A stretch of DNA of 32,000 nt from Bacillus subtilis subsp. subtilis str. 168 (GCF_000009045.1 NC_000964.3:2520001-2552000), one strand, 5' to 3'. Counted from the stretch's first letter, positions 10,354 to 20,287 are shown. Notes: generated by a model from the sequence alone, not told the origin. Made by a program: numbers and translations.

Positions 10354-11706
10354 TTATGAGCCCATTACATCATATGTTTCTAAAAATTTCGTATTAAACT
10401 CTCCGCTCACAAATGTTTCGTGTTCAAGCAGTTTTAAATGGAAAGGGATTGTTGTCTCAATGCCTTCGATGACGAATTCGCTCAATGCGCGCTTCATGCG
10501 GGCAATCGCTTCATCTCTCGTTTTTCCGTATGTGATTACCTTTGCAATCATGCTGTCATAGTACGGTGGGATGGAATAGCCAGGGTACGCAGCTGAATCG
10601 ACACGGACACCAAGACCGCCAGGAGGCAGGTACATTTTAATTTCACCAGGTGACGGCATGAAATTTTTGCTTGGGTTTTCTGCGTTGATTCGGCATTCGA
10701 TGGCCCAGCCTTCAAATTCAACATCTTCTTGCTTGAGGCTCAGTTCCATTCCTGAAGCCACTTTGATTTGTTCCTTGATCAGGTCAGTTCCCGTCACCAT
10801 TTCTGTGACTGGGTGCTCCACCTGGATTCTCGTGTTCATTTCCATGAAGTAATAGCGCTGTTCATTGTAGTCATAGATAAATTCAACTGTTCCAGCACCT
10901 GTATAGCCAACCGCTTTGGCAGCCTTTACCGCTGCATCTCCCATTTGCTCCCTGATTTCTGAATCAAGGGCAGGAGATGGTGATTCTTCCAAAAGCTTTT
11001 GCAGGCGTCTTTGGATCGAGCAGTCGCGTTCGCCCAAATGGATCGTATTTCCGTAGTTATCAGCAAGCACTTGGATCTCAACGTGGCGAAAATCTTCTAT
11101 GTATTTTTCGATGTATACACCTGGATTCCCAAATGCAGTTGCCGCTTCCTGCTGTGTAATCTTAATGCCATTAATCAGTTCCTCTTCAGTGCGGGCAACC
11201 CTAATTCCTTTTCCGCCTCCGCCTGCGGTGGCTTTTATAATTACAGGATACCCAATTTCATTAGCAAGCGAAACCGCTTCTTCCACATTTTCTATAATTC
11301 CCTGTGAACCCGGTACGATTGGCACGCCGGCCTGTTTCATCGTTTCCCGCGCAACGTCTTTTGTTCCCATTTTTGAAATGGCGTCAGCGCTCGGGCCGAC
11401 AAACGTGACATTCACTTCTTCACATAATTCAGCGAAATCAGCATTTTCAGCTAAAAATCCGTATCCCGGATGAATGGCGTCCGTGCCAGTCAGCTTTGCA
11501 ACACTCACAATATTTGTAACGTTTAAATAGCTGTCTTTTGATGCTTTCGGTCCGATACAAAAAGCTTCATCGGCCATTTGAACATGAAGGGCATCTTTAT
11601 CAGCTTCTGAATAAACAGCGACAGTCTCAATTCCGAGCTCTCTGCAGGCTCTGATGATTCTGACAGCAATTTCTCCTCTGTTGGCGATCAATAGCTTTTT
11701 AATCAT
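10354..11706 (-). CDS. accC: Acetyl-CoA carboxylase, biotin carboxylase subunit
   Basis: 450 aa [39 protein letters not shown]-grasp GGGGKGIR and [14 protein letters not shown]. Confidence 0.98.
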   Translation of the reverse strand: MIKKLLIANRGEIAVRIIRACRELGIETVAVYSEADKDALHVQMADEAFCIGPKASKDSYLNVTNIVSVAKLTGTDAIHPGYGFLAENADFAELCEEVNVTFVGPSADAISKMGTKDVARETMKQAGVPIVPGSQGIIENVEEAVSLANEIGYPVIIKATAGGGGKGIRVARTEEELINGIKITQQEAATAFGNPGVYIEKYIEDFRHVEIQVLADNYGNTIHLGERDCSIQRRLQKLLEESPSPALDSEIREQMGDAAVKAAKAVGYTGAGTVEFIYDYNEQRYYFMEMNTRIQVEHPVTEMVTGTDLIKEQIKVASGMELSLKQEDVEFEGWAIECRINAENPSKNFMPSPGEIKMYLPPGGLGVRVDSAAYPGYSIPPYYDSMIAKVITYGKTRDEAIARMKRALSEFVIEGIETTIPFHLKLLEHETFVSGEFNTKFLETYDVMGS

Positions 11707-11717
11707 GTTCAGTCTCC

Positions 11718-12197
11718 TTACTCCGCTTTTACAAGAAATAGAGGTTGTCCGTATTCGACCAGCTGGCCGTTTTCTACTAATACTTCAACGATTTCGCCTT
11801 TCACTTCTGCTTCGATTTCGTTGAAAAGCTTCATCGCTTCTACAATGCAGACAACTGTGTTTTCATTTACTTTTGAACCGGCTGTTACATACGGGCCAGC
11901 TTCCGGTGATGAAGAAGCATAAAATGTTCCTACCATTGGTGAAGTGATTTTATGCAGATTCTCATCTTGCTTTGGTGCTTCTTGGGCAGGTGCCGCTGCT
12001 TGCTGCGCTTGCGGCTGAACTGCCTGCGGAGCCTGTGCTTGTACAGGTGCTGCCGGTGCCTGCTGCATGACTTGAACCGTGCCTGCTTCGTGTTTTTTCA
12101 GTTTTAAGGATACACCTTCATTTTCATATACGAATTCGTCAATTGTAGACTCGTCAATTGCTTTAATCAGCTCGTGGATTTCTTTGATATTTAACAT
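11718..12197 (-). CDS. accB: Acetyl-CoA carboxylase biotin carboxyl carrier protein
   Basis: 159 aa ORF with Ala/Pro/Gln-rich linker and biotinylation motif [15 protein letters not shown]. Confidence 0.98.
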
Positions 12198-12264
12198 TCA
12201 ATCGCACTCCTATGTATGAAATTTCTTTTTTTATAGGTTACTACTAAAAGTACATACTATGTTC

Positions 12265-12293
12265 ATCTTACAGGAGCGGACTTTTGAATTCAA
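12265..12293 (-). promoter_or_regulatory. Sigma-A type promoter for accB-accC-yqhY
   Basis: Minus strand TTGAAT (12293-12288), 17 nt spacer, TAAGAT (12270-12265), about 70 nt upstream of the accB ATG. Confidence 0.7.
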
Positions 12294-12313
12294 CTCTAAT
12301 ATGACAGCAACGC

Positions 12314-12345
12314 AAAAAGCCCGCTTGTTTAGCGGGCTTTTTTCC
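12314..12345 (-). terminator. Rho-independent terminator of the spoIIIA operon
   Basis: Minus strand AAAAAAGCCCGCTaaacaaGCGGGCTTTTTG: perfect 6-7 bp GC stem, T-run on both sides. Confidence 0.9.
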
Positions 12346-12352
12346 CTCATTC

Positions 12353-13009
12353 TTATTTAGAGGGTTCAAATGTGACAGCGACATCTTTCATTGTTTTGAT
12401 TTCTTTTGCCACAAGGTCTATAATGGCTGTCGCCTTCGATTTAGAGTGTTTGTCTGATTTGACTGTAATATTGATTTTATCTCCTTCAGCATTAACAAGC
12501 GCATCCTCGTAACCTTGTGTTTTAATCAGCGTTTCCAGCTGTTTTTCTGTTCCTTCCACTTCACTGAGAGCCGTCATTTTATCGTATGCTTCGCTTTTCT
12601 CCTTGGCTGTTGCATCATCGCTTGACACAATGGCATTCAGCTCTTCTCTTTCTTTGCTTCTGGCATCTTCTAAATCAAGACGGTACGTTGTAAACAAATC
12701 ATCATCGGCTGTTTCCGTAACAACAGTTCCTTTTTCACTGGCTTCAGCGGATGTTTCCTTGTCTGCTGATGAATCTTTCGTTCCCTTTGTTCCATCTTCT
12801 TTTCCTTTTTCAGTTTCTGTACCGCTTTTTTCCTTCGTGTCTTGCTTGGCAGGCGCTTTTTCAGTTGCGACCTCTCCGCTGTCAGACGCGCTTTTTTCAC
12901 TTTGCATCTGCACGGCGTTTTTGCTTTCCGGCGACATGATATAGTAGACGCTTAACACCACGACAAGACTGAGCATTGTTAATAGCCAAACGGTTTGTTT
13001 TTTAAGCAT
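12353..13009 (-). CDS. spoIIIAH: Stage III sporulation protein AH
   Basis: 218 aa ORF: N-terminal TM, Lys/Glu/Thr-rich linker, C-terminal YscJ/FliF-like domain. Last gene of the eight-gene spoIIIA cluster. Confidence 0.97.
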   Translation of the reverse strand: MLKKQTVWLLTMLSLVVVLSVYYIMSPESKNAVQMQSEKSASDSGEVATEKAPAKQDTKEKSGTETEKGKEDGTKGTKDSSADKETSAEASEKGTVVTETADDDLFTTYRLDLEDARSKEREELNAIVSSDDATAKEKSEAYDKMTALSEVEGTEKQLETLIKTQGYEDALVNAEGDKINITVKSDKHSKSKATAIIDLVAKEIKTMKDVAVTFEPSK

Positions 13010-13699
13010 TTATGAATCCTCCTTTATTTTTTTAGGGGCAACCGCAACCCGGTGGCTTGGAACATCCAGGACCCGTGTCACCGCTTCGATAATGGTTTGT
13101 TTTATTTGAACGTTGTCCACTCCTTGAGCAACAACGAGTACACCGCGTATATCAGGTTTTTTCGTTTGGACGACGACAGGTGTTTCTTTATCGCCGTTTT
13201 TGATCATGACGATTTCTTCCTCCGATGATTGGTCTGTAACGCTTCTTTTTCCGCCTTCTTTGTCAGTTTCTTCAGTGGTTGTATTTTTGTTTGATTTGTT
13301 TTTTTCGTATACTTTCAGCGACGTTGCATCTACATTCACGACAACCGAGACATCGTCCACACCAATGATTGTTTCAAGAATTTCTTTCAGTTGATTTTCG
13401 TATTCTTTTTCATAGTCATCGATCGAGTCTTTAGGTTTATCAGATTTTGAGGCTTTAAACACTTCGGCTGTTTTCTCTTTGCTGTCTGCGGAATGTTGTG
13501 ATGATACGGCCGTTATCGTTTTGGCGTTTTCAGTTTTCTCAGGTGAAGAAAACAGCTGGCTGACAAGCATAAAGGAAACTCCGAGAACAAAAACGAATAG
13601 AAAGTAATGATATTTGGTCAGCTTCGGCTTTTCGCCGTCCTTCGTTTGTCCCGGAAGAAACTGCTTTTTCAATACATTCCATAATCCGTTTTTATTCAT
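13010..13699 (-). CDS. spoIIIAG: Stage III sporulation protein AG
   Basis: Track ORF 13010..13744. The recalled protein begins MNKNGLWNVLKKQFLPGQTK (229 aa), start 13699. Single TM plus ring-building domain (LKEILETIIGVDDVSVVVNVD). Confidence 0.93.
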   Translation of the reverse strand: MNKNGLWNVLKKQFLPGQTKDGEKPKLTKYHYFLFVFVLGVSFMLVSQLFSSPEKTENAKTITAVSSQHSADSKEKTAEVFKASKSDKPKDSIDDYEKEYENQLKEILETIIGVDDVSVVVNVDATSLKVYEKNKSNKNTTTEETDKEGGKRSVTDQSSEEEIVMIKNGDKETPVVVQTKKPDIRGVLVVAQGVDNVQIKQTIIEAVTRVLDVPSHRVAVAPKKIKEDS

Positions 13700-14312
13700 T
13701 GCCGACACTCTCCCCGCCTTCCATATGAACCGTAATTTTCTCACTTCCGATTTCCCAAATGTCCGCGAGCTGCGTTTGTATCTGTTTGGCTTCTTTTTGT
13801 TCGGCTGCTTCTTTTGTTACGTATGCATGATCTGTATCAATGTGGACCGGCGCGACCGTTTGGACCGTTTTTTCAGAAGACGGGGCCATATACACGCTGA
13901 TTGTTTTAATATCCTCTTCTGAATCTACCTTTTCTCCTGCCGTGAGTTTGATGCGGCCTACTTTATATTCATCATGACTGAATCTCTCCTCCGCTTTCTT
14001 TTTTAGTTGGACAGCCATTTCTTCTAGAATATATGCGCGCTGGGAAGCTTGTATTTCTATTTTTTTTGAATTGATTTGATTTTTTATGTCGGCAGACTCT
14101 GACTGCCCGTTTTTTGTGAGGTATTCAAAGATGACTTCGGGGTCTGTCTTGAAAAGTTTAAAAATCGGCGTAAGCATGACGACAATCAAGAGCAGGCTGA
14201 CTACCATTTTTGCGTACTTTTGCATGCTGGAGCTCGGCAGCAGCATATCAATCACAATTGCAAATAGGATAAACAACACGATGGTGGTAAGCCATTCCGT
14301 TAAAAAACTCAT
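13692..14312 (-). CDS. spoIIIAF: Stage III sporulation protein AF
   Basis: 206 aa ORF MSFLTEWLTTIVLFILFAIVIDMLLPSSSMQKYAKMVVSLLLIVVMLTPIFKL, two TMs, cluster position. Confidence 0.96.
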   Translation of the reverse strand: MSFLTEWLTTIVLFILFAIVIDMLLPSSSMQKYAKMVVSLLLIVVMLTPIFKLFKTDPEVIFEYLTKNGQSESADIKNQINSKKIEIQASQRAYILEEMAVQLKKKAEERFSHDEYKVGRIKLTAGEKVDSEEDIKTISVYMAPSSEKTVQTVAPVHIDTDHAYVTKEAAEQKEAKQIQTQLADIWEIGSEKITVHMEGGESVGNE

Positions 14313-14325
14313 TTGCCTGCCTCCT

Positions 14326-15525
14326 TCATTTCATCATCATCGTGAGGTTTCCGGCTGTGATTATGACAGTAAGGCTTAAAAAAAACATGAGAGACACAAT
14401 GGCGAGAGCTGCAAAAATATAAATGACGCTTTTGCTGATGACGTCGAGGCAGGTGATGACGGGCCCGCCTCCTAGCGGCTGAAGAATCGCGGCTGCCAGC
14501 TTATAAATAAAAGCGAGGGAAAGCACTTTGATTGCCGGAAATGCCGCAATACAGATCAAAATAGCGACACCGAGAATCCCTACCGTATTTTTCAGCAGTA
14601 AAGAGGCGCTGATTACTGTATCTGTTGCGTCTGTAAACATTCGGCCAAGCACAGGAATAAAATTTCCGGTTATAAATTTAGCCGTCCTGAGCGTAATGCC
14701 GTCTGTCACTGCAGCTGACGCTCCCTGAACAGAGATGACGCCGAGAAAGATGGTAAGAAAAACAGCCAGTGCTCCGATGGCGATATTTCTGAGCAGGTTA
14801 GCCAGCTGCGTTACTTTGTATTGTTCAGTCATCGTGCTGACAATGCTCAGAATCGCTGATAAAAAAATCAGCGGCATGACGATATTCTGAATCAAGAGAC
14901 CGCTCGTGTTCATCAGGAAGAGGATAACAGGATGAAAGAAGGCAGCAGATACAGCTCCGCCTGAGGAAGCCAAAAGCGCCAAGAGGAGCGGAATGAGCGC
15001 CAGGATAAAGCTGGTCATCGTCTGAATCGCCTCAGTTGCATAGTTAATTGCCACATGAAAGCTATTAAGCGCAAGGATAATCAGCACCATGTACACAATT
15101 GAGTAAGCGACCTTACTGACGGTGCTTTGCTGAAAAGCATTTTGCAAAAGCTGCAGAATGACGCAAAAAATCGTGAGCAAAATCAATGTGCCCAGCAGCT
15201 TTCCGTTGGCAAGCACTTCATGAAACAAATAAGAAAAGAGAGCTTTCAGCCATTCTTGCGGTGAGAATGATTTATCGCCATTGATAAACTCCATTAAGCT
15301 GCCTTTTTGGCTTTCCGGCAGCAGTCCGCCGTATTCTGTCATAATGTCATTCCAAAATTCCCCGATCTTATCTGTTTCAAGCGAGGCTGCTGTCCTTTCC
15401 GCTAATTGCTCGGCTGTTTCAGCATGGTCTTCCGTTTGTTCTGCATTACCAGCTGCTTGTACAATTTCTGCACGGCCTGCTATGATCAGCACGGCCAAAA
15501 GCAAAACCCATTGAAAGCGCTTCAA
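14326..15525 (-). CDS. spoIIIAE: Stage III sporulation protein AE (polytopic membrane protein)
   Basis: 399 aa multi-TM ORF with N-terminal signal-like segment, cluster position. Confidence 0.97.
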   Translation of the reverse strand: MKRFQWVLLLAVLIIAGRAEIVQAAGNAEQTEDHAETAEQLAERTAASLETDKIGEFWNDIMTEYGGLLPESQKGSLMEFINGDKSFSPQEWLKALFSYLFHEVLANGKLLGTLILLTIFCVILQLLQNAFQQSTVSKVAYSIVYMVLIILALNSFHVAINYATEAIQTMTSFILALIPLLLALLASSGGAVSAAFFHPVILFLMNTSGLLIQNIVMPLIFLSAILSIVSTMTEQYKVTQLANLLRNIAIGALAVFLTIFLGVISVQGASAAVTDGITLRTAKFITGNFIPVLGRMFTDATDTVISASLLLKNTVGILGVAILICIAAFPAIKVLSLAFIYKLAAAILQPLGGGPVITCLDVISKSVIYIFAALAIVSLMFFLSLTVIITAGNLTMMMK

Positions 15526-15543
15526 TCTACCGCCTCCTTTCGG

Positions 15544-15945
15544 TTATGACATAGAAGGTATAAGTCCGAGAATCGTTTCGATAATGACGGTTAAAATAGG
15601 CACAGCCATTACGAGTATTAAAATTTTCCCCGCCAATTCTATTTTCGAGGCGATGGCTCCTTGACCGGCATCTTTTGTGAGCTGTGCCCCGAATTCAGCA
15701 ATATAGGCGATTCCGATAATCTTTAAAATGGTTTCAACATAGACCATGTTGACATTTGCATTAATCGCAATTTTTTCTATCATTCGAATAATGTCGTAGA
15801 TTTGGTCTACCAAATAAAGAAAAATGGCACATCCGGCAAAAACGACGATTAAAAACGCAAAAGTCGGCTTTTGTTCTTTTACAATTAAAGAAAGGAAGGT
15901 GGCGATCAGCCCTAAACCTACAATTTGAACAATGTCAATCTGCAA
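15544..15945 (-). CDS. spoIIIAD: Stage III sporulation protein AD
   Basis: 133 aa hydrophobic ORF MQIDIVQIVGLGLIATFLSLIVKEQKPTFAFLIVVFAG. Confidence 0.97.
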   Translation of the reverse strand: MQIDIVQIVGLGLIATFLSLIVKEQKPTFAFLIVVFAGCAIFLYLVDQIYDIIRMIEKIAINANVNMVYVETILKIIGIAYIAEFGAQLTKDAGQGAIASKIELAGKILILVMAVPILTVIIETILGLIPSMS

Positions 15946-15951
15946 GCCCCC

Positions 15952-16158
15952 CTATCCTTGGAATAAAAACACAGCTTTTATCTTTTTAAATAGGTCATCT
16001 ACAATCGTGGCGACCATAAATAAAATATAGATAAAACCTAACAGCGTCACCCACTGAGCATATTCTTTCTTGCCCATCTGATCCAATATCGTGTGTAAAA
16101 AAGCGACCACGATTCCCACTCCGGCGATTTGAAATATGACATTCACGTCTACTCCCAT
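15952..16158 (-). CDS. spoIIIAC: Stage III sporulation protein AC
   Basis: 68 aa ORF MGVDVNVIFQIAGVGIVVAFLHTILDQMGKKEYAQWVTLLGFIYILFMV. Confidence 0.97.
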   Translation of the reverse strand: MGVDVNVIFQIAGVGIVVAFLHTILDQMGKKEYAQWVTLLGFIYILFMVATIVDDLFKKIKAVFLFQG

Positions 16159-16180
16159 TTTATTTTTGCTCCCCTCACGT

Positions 16181-16696
16181 TTACATCAATAGAAGAATGA
16201 GTAACAAGCCCGCTAAAAAGCCCAAACTTTTTATCATCTTTTCGTTTTTCGCTTGCGCCTGCTCAGCATCCGCTTCTGAGGCTTCCAAATGTGTCAGCGC
16301 CAGCTTGATGTGCTTTTGCTGAGAGATTCGATCATGAATCCCAAGCGTCTCGCCAAACTGCTTCAGCACTTCGTATTCGCTTTTTTTCAAAGACAGGGTG
16401 TCCCATACCTTCTTTAAGCTTTGCTCCCACGCCGTTTTCGCGGAATCACTTCCCTTGTCCAGCTGATCACTGAATGCGGAAAAAAGAGTTGAAACAGGCT
16501 GTGCGAGCTGTTTGGCAATCTGCTGTGAAGCAGTATGAAGCGGTGTATGGCCGTACATGATTTCAGCCTCGAGGGATTGAAGCGCCGCACGCAGCTGGCG
16601 GATTTGCCGCGGCCGTTCTGTATAAATCTTCGCCATCTCAAAACCTGTCCATGTTGTCGCTACCACAATGAATACAGCGCCCAGCAGCTTCAGCAT
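16181..16696 (-). CDS. spoIIIAB: Stage III sporulation protein AB
   Basis: 171 aa ORF MLKLLGAVFIVVATTWTGFEMAKIYTERPRQIRQLRAALQSLEAEI with N- and C-terminal TMs. Confidence 0.97.
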   Translation of the reverse strand: MLKLLGAVFIVVATTWTGFEMAKIYTERPRQIRQLRAALQSLEAEIMYGHTPLHTASQQIAKQLAQPVSTLFSAFSDQLDKGSDSAKTAWEQSLKKVWDTLSLKKSEYEVLKQFGETLGIHDRISQQKHIKLALTHLEASEADAEQAQAKNEKMIKSLGFLAGLLLILLLM

Positions 16697-17613
16697 GTTT
16701 TCACGCCCGTCGTCCTAGACAGCACATTTCCGTCTTTGTCATAAATTTGGCTCACTGTGCCCGGCCCTTTTGCTCTTGATAATTCCAAATAGCGGTCAAA
16801 GGCTCTTTCTTCCCACAAACGCTTCAATGAAGGCCGCTTCATCAGGTCGGATATACTCCAGCCATGCGCCGATACGATTACTGAAACACCGGCATGCAGC
16901 GCCTCCAGAAGTGCATCTGTATCTTCCATACGCCCGATTTCATCGACAATCATCACCTCAGGGCTCATGGATCGAATCATCATCATCAGCCCTTCAGCTT
17001 TTGGACAGGCGTCTAACACGTCAATTCTCTGACCAAATTGATGCTGCGGAATACCGCGAAGACATCCGGCAATCTCTGACCGTTCATCGACGATCCCTGT
17101 CTTTACGGGCAGCATGTTTTTTTTGCCGGTGCTTGAGAGCCTCGCAAGGTCCCGGAGAAGTGTTGTTTTGCCGGTTTGGGGCGGTCCGATAATCAGCGTA
17201 TTCAGCCAGCTGTTTTGATATAAGTATGGAAGCAGCGGCTCCGCAATCCCCAGCTTTTGCCGGGCAATTCGTATATTAAAAGATGCGATGTCACGGAGGC
17301 CTTTCACACCTCCGTTTTCCGTAATGACTCTGCCCGCCAGTCCGACTCTGTGGCCGCCTCTGATCGTGACATACCCTTTCTTCAGCTCTTCTTCAAGTGT
17401 ATACATACTATAGTTGCTGAGCCGGCTCAGGATCAGATGGGCATCCTCGGCCGTGCCCGCATAGGACAAATAAACAGGTTGTCCTCTTCGAATCAATTCA
17501 ACAGGGCGGTTGATCCGAATTCTGACTTCTTCGATTTCCAGCCATTGTTGTTCCGGTATTTCAGAAAGGGCGTTTTTCATGGATTCAGGGAGAACCTCAG
17601 CGATTTCATTCAA
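16690..17613 (-). CDS. spoIIIAA: Stage III sporulation protein AA (secretion-type AAA+ ATPase)
   Basis: 307 aa ORF with Walker A IIGPPQTGKTTLLRDLAR and Walker B SPEVMIVDEIGRMED. Confidence 0.98.
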   Translation of the reverse strand: MNEIAEVLPESMKNALSEIPEQQWLEIEEVRIRINRPVELIRRGQPVYLSYAGTAEDAHLILSRLSNYSMYTLEEELKKGYVTIRGGHRVGLAGRVITENGGVKGLRDIASFNIRIARQKLGIAEPLLPYLYQNSWLNTLIIGPPQTGKTTLLRDLARLSSTGKKNMLPVKTGIVDERSEIAGCLRGIPQHQFGQRIDVLDACPKAEGLMMMIRSMSPEVMIVDEIGRMEDTDALLEALHAGVSVIVSAHGWSISDLMKRPSLKRLWEERAFDRYLELSRAKGPGTVSQIYDKDGNVLSRTTGVKTC

Positions 17614-17649
17614 CAGAGCCTCCTCCTTTCTACCGATTGGCTTCTTTAA

Positions 17650-17678
17650 AATGTATGATGTGAGGCAGACTTTATGAC
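17650..17678 (-). promoter_or_regulatory. Sigma-E type promoter of the spoIIIA operon
   Basis: Minus strand GTCATAAA (17678-17671), 13 nt spacer, CATACATT (17657-17650). The -10 fits the sigma-E consensus CATACAHT. Confidence 0.8.
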
Positions 17679-17688
17679 AAGCCTCTCT

Positions 17689-17970
17689 TTATTTATGAAC
17701 ACCCGCCAAAATCAAGACAACACCCGTAAAAATCAGAATCAGCTTTGCATACGAAAGCTGCCCGGCAATTTGGTAGATTCCGACAGTCATTGTAATGATA
17801 AAAATCAACGGACCGACAATAGCGAGAATGCTGTTAACCACAACCGCCTTCCGGACATCGTTGGTCACAAGCATGACAATTGCTGCCGTCAGCTCAATCA
17901 TAGAGGATAAAACTCGTAATCCCGCCATTGTTAAAACAGTAGAATTGATATTTCCAAGTAAAAATTTCAT
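17689..17970 (-). CDS. yqhV: Small membrane protein YqhV (DUF2619 type)
   Basis: Track ORF 17689..17991. The conserved start is MKFLLGNINSTVLTMAGLRVLSS (93 aa), start 17970. Three predicted hydrophobic segments. Confidence 0.85.
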   Translation of the reverse strand: MKFLLGNINSTVLTMAGLRVLSSMIELTAAIVMLVTNDVRKAVVVNSILAIVGPLIFIITMTVGIYQIAGQLSYAKLILIFTGVVLILAGVHK

Positions 17971-18068
17971 AGCACTCTCCCAACCTCCCATTTTTTTATA
18001 TGATATGCTCTAGCTTGCTGAAGTAGTCTTGTCATTTTCGTATAAAAGAAAGATTCTGTTTTTGGGCA

Positions 18069-18110
18069 CAAAAAAAGCCTGCTCCCATTTGGGAACAGAC
18101 TTCTTTTTTT
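18069..18110 (-). terminator. Rho-independent terminator downstream of efp
   Basis: Minus strand AGTCTGTTCCCAAATGGGAGCAGGCTTTTTTTG. Confidence 0.88.
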
Positions 18111-18114
18111 CTTT

Positions 18115-18672
18115 CTATGCTCTTGAAACGTAAGAACCGTCTGATGTATTGACAACAAGTGTGTCGCCTTCATTCACAAAGAACGGCACGTTTACAACAA
18201 GCCCGGTTTCAGTTTTCGCAGGTTTTGTACCGCCTGACGCTGTATCACCTTTAATACCAGGTTCAGTTTCAACAACTTTCAGCTCAACTGTGTTTGGAAG
18301 TTCGATACCAAGTGTTTCATCCTGGTACATCATGATATGCACAGACATGTTTTCTAGCAGGTATTTTAATTCTTCTTCGATTTGAGTTGCGCTCAGTTCA
18401 AGCTGCTCATAAGAAGAAGTATCCATAAATACGTGCTGATCTCCGTTTGCATATAGATATTGCATTGTTTTGGTTTCGATTTGCGCTTTCGCTACTTTTT
18501 CACCAGCGCGGAATGTTTTTTCCTGAATCGCGCCAGTGCGAAGGTTGCGGAGTTTAGAGCGGACAAATGCCGCACCTTTTCCAGGTTTTACGTGCTGGAA
18601 GTCAACGACGCGCCAAATGCCGCCATCTACTTCAATTGTTAATCCTGTACGGAAATCGTTAACTGAAATCAT
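18115..18672 (-). CDS. efp: Translation elongation factor P
   Basis: Track ORF 18115..18696. Canonical EF-P begins [43 protein letters not shown] (185 aa), start 18672. Confidence 0.96.
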
Positions 18673-18696
18673 GTTTAATGTCCTCCTATATTCCAA

Positions 18697-19758
18697 TCAC
18701 AAAATAATAAGTTCTTTTGGGGAATGGGTGATTGTCCGGTTGCCGTTTTCTGTAATCACGATGTCATCTTCAATGCGGACACCGCCTGTTTCTGGTATGT
18801 AAATGCCCGGCTCCACTGTGACCACCATACCCGGTTCAAGGATAGCTGAAGATCTGACGGATAATCCCGGCGATTCATGAACTTCCATGCCGAGCCCGTG
18901 CCCGGTTGAATGGCCGAAATAGTCACCGTAGCCTTTTGCAGCAATATGATCCCTTGTGAGGGCGTCAGCCTCTTTTCCTGTCATTCCCGGCTTAATATGT
19001 GCGACGCCAAGCGCCTGAGCATCAAATACAACCTGATAGATCTCCTTCAATTGATCACTGGGCTGACCTACAGCGACCGTCCGGGTAATATCAGAACAAT
19101 ATCCTTTATAATAAGCGCCAAAATCAAGCGTAACAAGGTCTCCGCTTTCAATCAGTTTGTCACTGGCCACACCGTGCGGAAGGCTTGAACGAAGGCCTGA
19201 GGCGACAATCATATCAAAAGAAGAGCTGTCTGCTCCCTGGCTTCTCATATAAAACTCCAGCTCATTGGCAACAGCGATTTCAGAAATGCCGGGTTTCATA
19301 AACGTCAAGATATGTCTGAAGGCATCATCTGCAATCTTCGCAGCTTCCTCTAATATCTTAATCTCTTCACTAGACTTAATCAAGCGCAACTTTTCCACGG
19401 ATTCAGCCACAGGCACTAATTCGGCATCACTGATAACGGCGCTGTATGAAGCGTAAGTGCCATATGTCATGCTGTTCTGTTCAAAGCCGAGACGCTTGAT
19501 GCCAAACGATTCAACAGTGTCGGCAGTGGTCTGAATCAAGCTGCCGCCATGTTCAATGATCTCAAAACCCTTTACCTGAACCTTCGCCTGCTCAGTATAA
19601 CGAAAATCCGTAATAAACGCTGCTTTGTCACCCGATATAACAGCCAAACCCGCCGAACCTGTAAACCCTGTCATATAGCGTACATTAGTGTTGCTTGTAA
19701 TCAGCATGCCGTCAATTCCCAGCTGTCCAAACAGGTTTCTTAATTTCTCTAGCTTCAT
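18697..19758 (-). CDS. yqhT: M24-family Xaa-Pro aminopeptidase
   Basis: 353 aa ORF with metallopeptidase motifs LVTLDFGAYYKGYCSDITRT, GHSTGHGLGMEVHESP and EPGIYIPETGGVRIEDD. Confidence 0.95.
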   Translation of the reverse strand: MKLEKLRNLFGQLGIDGMLITSNTNVRYMTGFTGSAGLAVISGDKAAFITDFRYTEQAKVQVKGFEIIEHGGSLIQTTADTVESFGIKRLGFEQNSMTYGTYASYSAVISDAELVPVAESVEKLRLIKSSEEIKILEEAAKIADDAFRHILTFMKPGISEIAVANELEFYMRSQGADSSSFDMIVASGLRSSLPHGVASDKLIESGDLVTLDFGAYYKGYCSDITRTVAVGQPSDQLKEIYQVVFDAQALGVAHIKPGMTGKEADALTRDHIAAKGYGDYFGHSTGHGLGMEVHESPGLSVRSSAILEPGMVVTVEPGIYIPETGGVRIEDDIVITENGNRTITHSPKELIIL

Positions 19759-20201
19759 CTTGATTCTCCCCCTTGCTGGCTTAATAAGTAGCGAACAGCA
19801 AGCTTGTAGCCTTCAGCTCCAAGACCGACAATCTGCCCTTTCGCAACAGGAGCGATAACCGACTGATGCCTGAATTCTTCCCTGGCGTATAAGTTTGATA
19901 AATGCACCTCTACCACAGGAAGACTGATGCTTGAAACAGCATCCCTGATCGCATAGCTGTAATGACTCAGGGCGCCGGGGTTCAGAACAATCCCGCTGTA
20001 TTGCTCCTCAGCCTCATGTATCGCATCTATCAAATCACCTTCGTGATTAGACTGGAAGAAAGTGAGCTGGATATGTAAGGCTTCAGCAAACTGAAAAAGA
20101 TCTGTTTCAATATCGGTCAGTGTCTGGCGGCCGAATACTTCAGGCTCACGACTCCCAAGCCGGTTAACATTCGGTCCGTTCAAAATCAAAAAATGAGGCA
20201 C
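19755..20201 (-). CDS. aroQ: Type II 3-dehydroquinate dehydratase
   Basis: 148 aa ORF (yqhS) MPHFLILNGPNVNRLGSREPEVFG...QSNHEGDLID...GIVLNPGALSHYS. Overlaps the yqhT start. Confidence 0.97.
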   Translation of the reverse strand: MPHFLILNGPNVNRLGSREPEVFGRQTLTDIETDLFQFAEALHIQLTFFQSNHEGDLIDAIHEAEEQYSGIVLNPGALSHYSYAIRDAVSSISLPVVEVHLSNLYAREEFRHQSVIAPVAKGQIVGLGAEGYKLAVRYLLSQQGGESR

Positions 20202-20287
20202 ACAATCTCTCCTTTTCGCGAGGGTTTCTCATGTAAAAAATGTTCACTTCTCGTGAACATTTTATCATACTGGAAAAGGATTATACA

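Noticed and set aside
12670-12900. Out-of-frame 76 aa Lys/Arg-rich minus-strand ORF inside spoIIIAH
   Set aside because: Frame-shifted reading of the Lys/Glu/Thr-rich linker of SpoIIIAH. Low-complexity artefact.
12700-12920. Possible low-complexity repeat region in spoIIIAH, and a similar Ala/Gln/Pro repeat in accB (about 11930-12080)
   Set aside because: These encode natural flexible linkers of SpoIIIAH and the biotin carboxyl carrier protein. They are not tandem nucleotide repeats of note.
777-19743. Dozens of + strand ORFs of 60-147 aa (e.g. 1947..2315, 5064..5399, 7084..7434, 8887..9618, 11099..11473, 16770..17192, 17257..17649)
   Set aside because: They lie antisense to well-supported minus-strand genes, lack recognisable domains and have Ser/Phe-rich shadow-frame composition. 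Even the longest (243 aa at 8887..9618) is a mirror of folD/nusB.
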